NCBI RefSeq assembly: GCF_030028105.1
Contig: NC_092375.1
Coordinates: 44,243,130-44,307,129, forward strand
Length of the DNA stretch: 64,000 bases
Reading direction: 5' to 3'
Source of the DNA: Mobula birostris
Taxonomy: Eukaryota
Shown: piece after piece, positions 60,346 through 64,000 of the stretch
How positions within the stretch are numbered: the stretch's first letter is position 1
Layout of the letters: each line of letters begins with the position of its first letter
Notes under the pieces: model-generated
Database searches by the model: none
The model's input: the letters and a program-made list of their open reading frames with translations, nothing else
What the model was told of the DNA's origin: nothing
Made by a program: the position numbers and the translations under genes

Positions 60346-62328
60346 TTCCTACCTACCTGGTTTCACCTATCCTCCTTTCCCACCCCCACCTTTTCATTCT
60401 GGCATCTGCCCCCTTCCTTTCCAGTCCTGAAGAAGGGTCTTGGCCCAAAATGCTGACACTATTAATTTCCCTAGATGCTGCCTGACCTGCTGAGTTCCTC
60501 CAGCATTTTGTGTGTTGTTTTGCATTTTCAGGACCTACAGAATTTCTGTTTCCGGCATTTGAACATGAGAATATGCTTTCACTGTAGATATGTAACTCAA
60601 ACTTAAAATAATGAAGTAAATGATGTCATTGTAACTATTGAAATTGGATTGAGTATCTATTGTTATTATTGATCTGAAGGGCATAAAAATGTTATGTACT
60701 TTGAATATGAGAGACTCTGCTGAGGGTCTCCAGGAGAATGCAAGCTTGTGAAGAATAAAGACCTTTATATCACCAGCTTCATTGTCTCTCTGGTCACTCA
60801 GATCACAAGTTACAATAAAGATTTATACTCCATCTTAAATCAGTGAACCTTAATTTTGAGAGTGTGACTCCTGTTTCTAGACATCCCAGTCAGGGGAAAT
60901 GTATTGAAATACTTACAAAGTTCAATGAATAAATGAGCCCCCCTCTCAGTAAACCCACCCAGCTTAATCTCTCCCTTGAACAGATGAAGGATCAGTTTAG
61001 TACATCCTTTTTTGTGTAATGGTGTTCCATTTCGTTTTTCAAGATGAGCTATGGATTGTAGAGTTGTTTTCAATTACTTGTCTCATTTTAAATTTTTTTA
61101 TATTTGTTTACATAATTAAATGTTGAGCTTTATTATTGCAATCCACAAAAGTTATCCCAAAAGCTTTATTTTGATAAATGTAGACTACATTCATCTATAA
61201 ATGTAGGTAAATGTCAACAGGCAGGAAATGCATCAATGTGGAATAAGCAGCATTACTGACCACTAAGGCAAAGCCTTTTGGCAAAATAAAAATTACATCC
61301 AACTAATTCAACAAATTACATGGTAATTACTGAATAGGACAATATTTTTAAATGTAATCCTACGATTACATTTAAAAATATCCTAGATATACTGTACTGT
61401 ATACTTATGCAGAGTTTTCTTCTGGAATATTATAGTTCGCCAAATGCGATATCATGGGTAGCCAAAGTTTTTACCCAGTTTGGTACTTATGATTCTGTGG
61501 GAGTACTGGCAAGATTTGCAAGATCTCAGAACTTGTTGAAGAATGAATTTAAACCAGAGATCTAACAGTGCATTGTAACTGTAGAATTCACTAATCCAAG
61601 TGTAAACTGTTGGTTATAAACTGGTACTCTAAATGTAAATGGGCTCACTTTCATCTGAGTAGCCAAAGCAAAGGAAGTGCAATGGCACATTGGTTTACAC
61701 AAGAGAAATTAAAATTACTTTTCCCACATGGAATCCTGGAGAATGGAGATGACATTAAATGAGGGAATGTTCTCTCAATGCAAGAAATGCATTGATTTAA
61801 GTTTCATCTGTCACCCAAGAAGCTGGAACTGTCACATTGTACTAAATTTTTGACAATGTCAATTTAATCACTAACCTAAGTGCAATTTGAGCTGCGTTTT
61901 ATTTCTTATCATTATATTAACAATGCATGAGTAGGCACTTCATTTGAACGCAAAAGTAAATAGCTTGGCTGCTTGAATCTTAAAGGATGCTAAGAACATA
62001 AAAACAATTTTTCTAATTTTAGTATTTTGCAGGTAATAGCCAATATAACATTGATGATGAATTTGTTGCTGTATCTTATGTTTATCAAGACAACATCTAA
62101 CCAAATGTGGGATGGGGATTAACCTTCGAGGCAATTGTACAGTATATACCAAATGTAAATAACTTTAGTATATGAAGCTTTTGTATGTTGTCATAATTAT
62201 GTAACAGCATTCAGGTGTTTTGATATGTTTCAGAAATCCTGTAGCATTTTCTGAGAACCTTTTTAAGAGTTTACTTTGACAGTTATGTTAGATTTTGAAA
62301 AAATATCTTTTTTTCCATTTAGATCGAC

Positions 62329-62473
62329 TCAGACACCAAACAGGATGCGGAGATCAGCAAGAGTAAGCTTGGTAAATGTTTCTCCAGTCCCTGACAGCAC
62401 TTTCTTTGCCAGCTCCTTTTTCTTTTCCTGAAGTTCGAAGATTTTGTCTTCAATAGTTCCTTCACACACAAAC
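62329..62473 (-). CDS. TTF2: TTF2 (transcription termination factor 2, SNF2 helicase) last coding exon
   Basis: Acceptor TTCTTTCCCCTGTAG then (R)[50 protein letters not shown], matching the vertebrate TTF2 C-terminus as recalled (FVCEGTVEEKILQLQEKKK...[13 protein letters not shown]). This frame is missing from the ORF track. Confidence 0.9.
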
Positions 62474-62571
62474 CTACAGGGGAAAGAATAACATTAATCT
62501 GCAATCAGAAATCTACAAAATTTCTCTTTTAAAGTATTTTGGTAGCAATGTCATTATTAGTTAGGGGTGAC

Positions 62572-62835
62572 ATGGTATTGTAACAGTGCCGTCTGTAAGG
62601 AGTTTGCACGTTCCGCCTGTGACTGTGTGGGTTTCCTTAGGGTGCTTCCGTTTCCTTCCACATTCCAAAGATGTATGAGTTACAGTTAGTAAGTTGTGGG
62701 CATACCATGTTGGCACTGGAACCATAGCAACACTTGAAAGCTGTCCTGCATACAACTTAGACTGTGTTGATCACTGACACAAATAACATATTTCACCGTA
62801 TGTTTCGATGTACATGTCACAAATAAAGCTTTTCT
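62572..62835 (+). mobile_element. V-SINE (HE1-like central domain) fragment
   Basis: GGAGTTTGCACGTT...GTGGGTTTCC...GGTGCTTCCGTTTCCTTCCACATTCCAAAGA is the V-domain motif; the same tail occurs on the minus strand at about 29060-29215. Confidence 0.7.
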
Positions 62836-64000
62836 TTAATCTTTACTTGAGGCGGTGAAAACAAATTCAGTTACAGTAGCTAGTCAGGTGTATTTGAAGC
62901 CTGTTCAAACATATACGGACCCAGATAAAATGCCATATTTTCAGCAGTAATGTTATGAGTTTGACCTGAAACACTTGTTTTTCCCCTGTAATAGATGATA
63001 CCACAATCTAGTAAGTATTCTGTACGTGAACTCAACATTTTCAATAAAGTAAATGGACAGAATAAACCATTTCTATAAGGGCACATCAAAAATGTCCAAT
63101 GTGCCTTGTTTCTGTTCTGCCAACTAGTCAATGAAATTGTTTGTCATCTGTATCCATGACTAATATCCTTGGCTATAGTAAAAAATAATCCTAATATCTA
63201 ACATTGTTTCATATTTCAACCACTGTTTATACAAATGGGTATCTCCTGTAATTTTAATGCTAAGTCTGTGACCTGAAATGTTAAATTGTTTCTATTTCCA
63301 GATGCTGCCAGACCTGTTGAGTGCTTCCACAGTTTTGTTTCCAGAATTTTCAGTTTCAGATGCCTGGTTGTAATTTTAAGGTTCCTCCCCACCTTGTCCT
63401 GGTCATCTGCATCAGTCGGAGGTTTGCTTAGCCTATCAATTATTTAACATTTTAACAAACCTCCCCCCCTCCCCCCCCACACCCCAACCAATTTGCTCCT
63501 TAAGTTCTTGCACCCAGGAAGCACAAGCCTAGTTTATGCGCTTCTTGCAGAGCTCTAACATTCCAGTGAATTTACACTGCATTCCTAACAAAATGTTATT
63601 AATAGCAAGTGTGCCTACAGTGATATATTTAGAACATTTTTAGTTTCTGGATGTACAGACAATTATCCTGCAAGTACTGGATTAAATTTGTAGCTGATTA
63701 CAGTTTAGTGATATGTAATATTTCTAACTTCACTGTTCAAGTTATCATTTAACTTTCTTTTTTACCCTAAAATATTTTTGTACTTGGCTACACTGAAATT
63801 CATTACAATTTTGTTTGATTTTTTTGTTTGGTCTTTGTAACCTTACCTTCCACATGCATATATGGAGCTTTACTGCATTACCAATAAATATAAATGGACA
63901 AACTGTTGTGATCCAGTGCTTGTTACTTACTTCTATTTCGCCATTGTTTAATGCCCAGTTAATCTCCGAAACTGCTTAATAATTTCCTCTTACTTCCATA

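Noticed and set aside
63540-63590. TTF2 penultimate exon (HWN tripeptide on the minus strand)
   Set aside because: The match does not extend to the expected NPxLExQAxDRIYRVGQ, so the exon is probably right of the window.

Overview
This is vertebrate nuclear DNA, most likely a shark or ray (inferred from HER1-like CR1 LINEs, V-SINEs and elasmobranch-type Penelope-like elements), and most of the window is transposon debris. Three host loci are visible. (1) The first two coding exons of TRIM45 (minus strand, 9679-11840). (2) The last coding exon of TTF2 (minus strand, 62329-62473). (3) Between them on the plus strand, an antigen-receptor-like Ig-superfamily gene that is absent from the ORF track as a unit: leader (41950-41998), germline-joined VJ exon with FGxGT and no RSS seen (42092-42424), C1-set exon with a frameshift (45134-45413), and an Arg-containing transmembrane exon (58085-58177) that is perfectly tandem-duplicated. 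All four exons join in phase 1. Decayed paralogous pieces of this gene lie at about 30.3-32.2 kb, 35.4-35.7 kb and 44.4 kb. A PIF/Harbinger element sits 76 bp upstream of its ATG. Other notable items are hammerhead-ribozyme-like motifs in Penelope termini, a twin-primed (5'-inverted) L1, a Gmr1-like Gypsy 3' end, and one tRNA-SINE head found with two different tails. Repeat boundaries are read by eye and are approximate unless a TSD or TIR is quoted. Family names come from recognised motifs, not from database searches.
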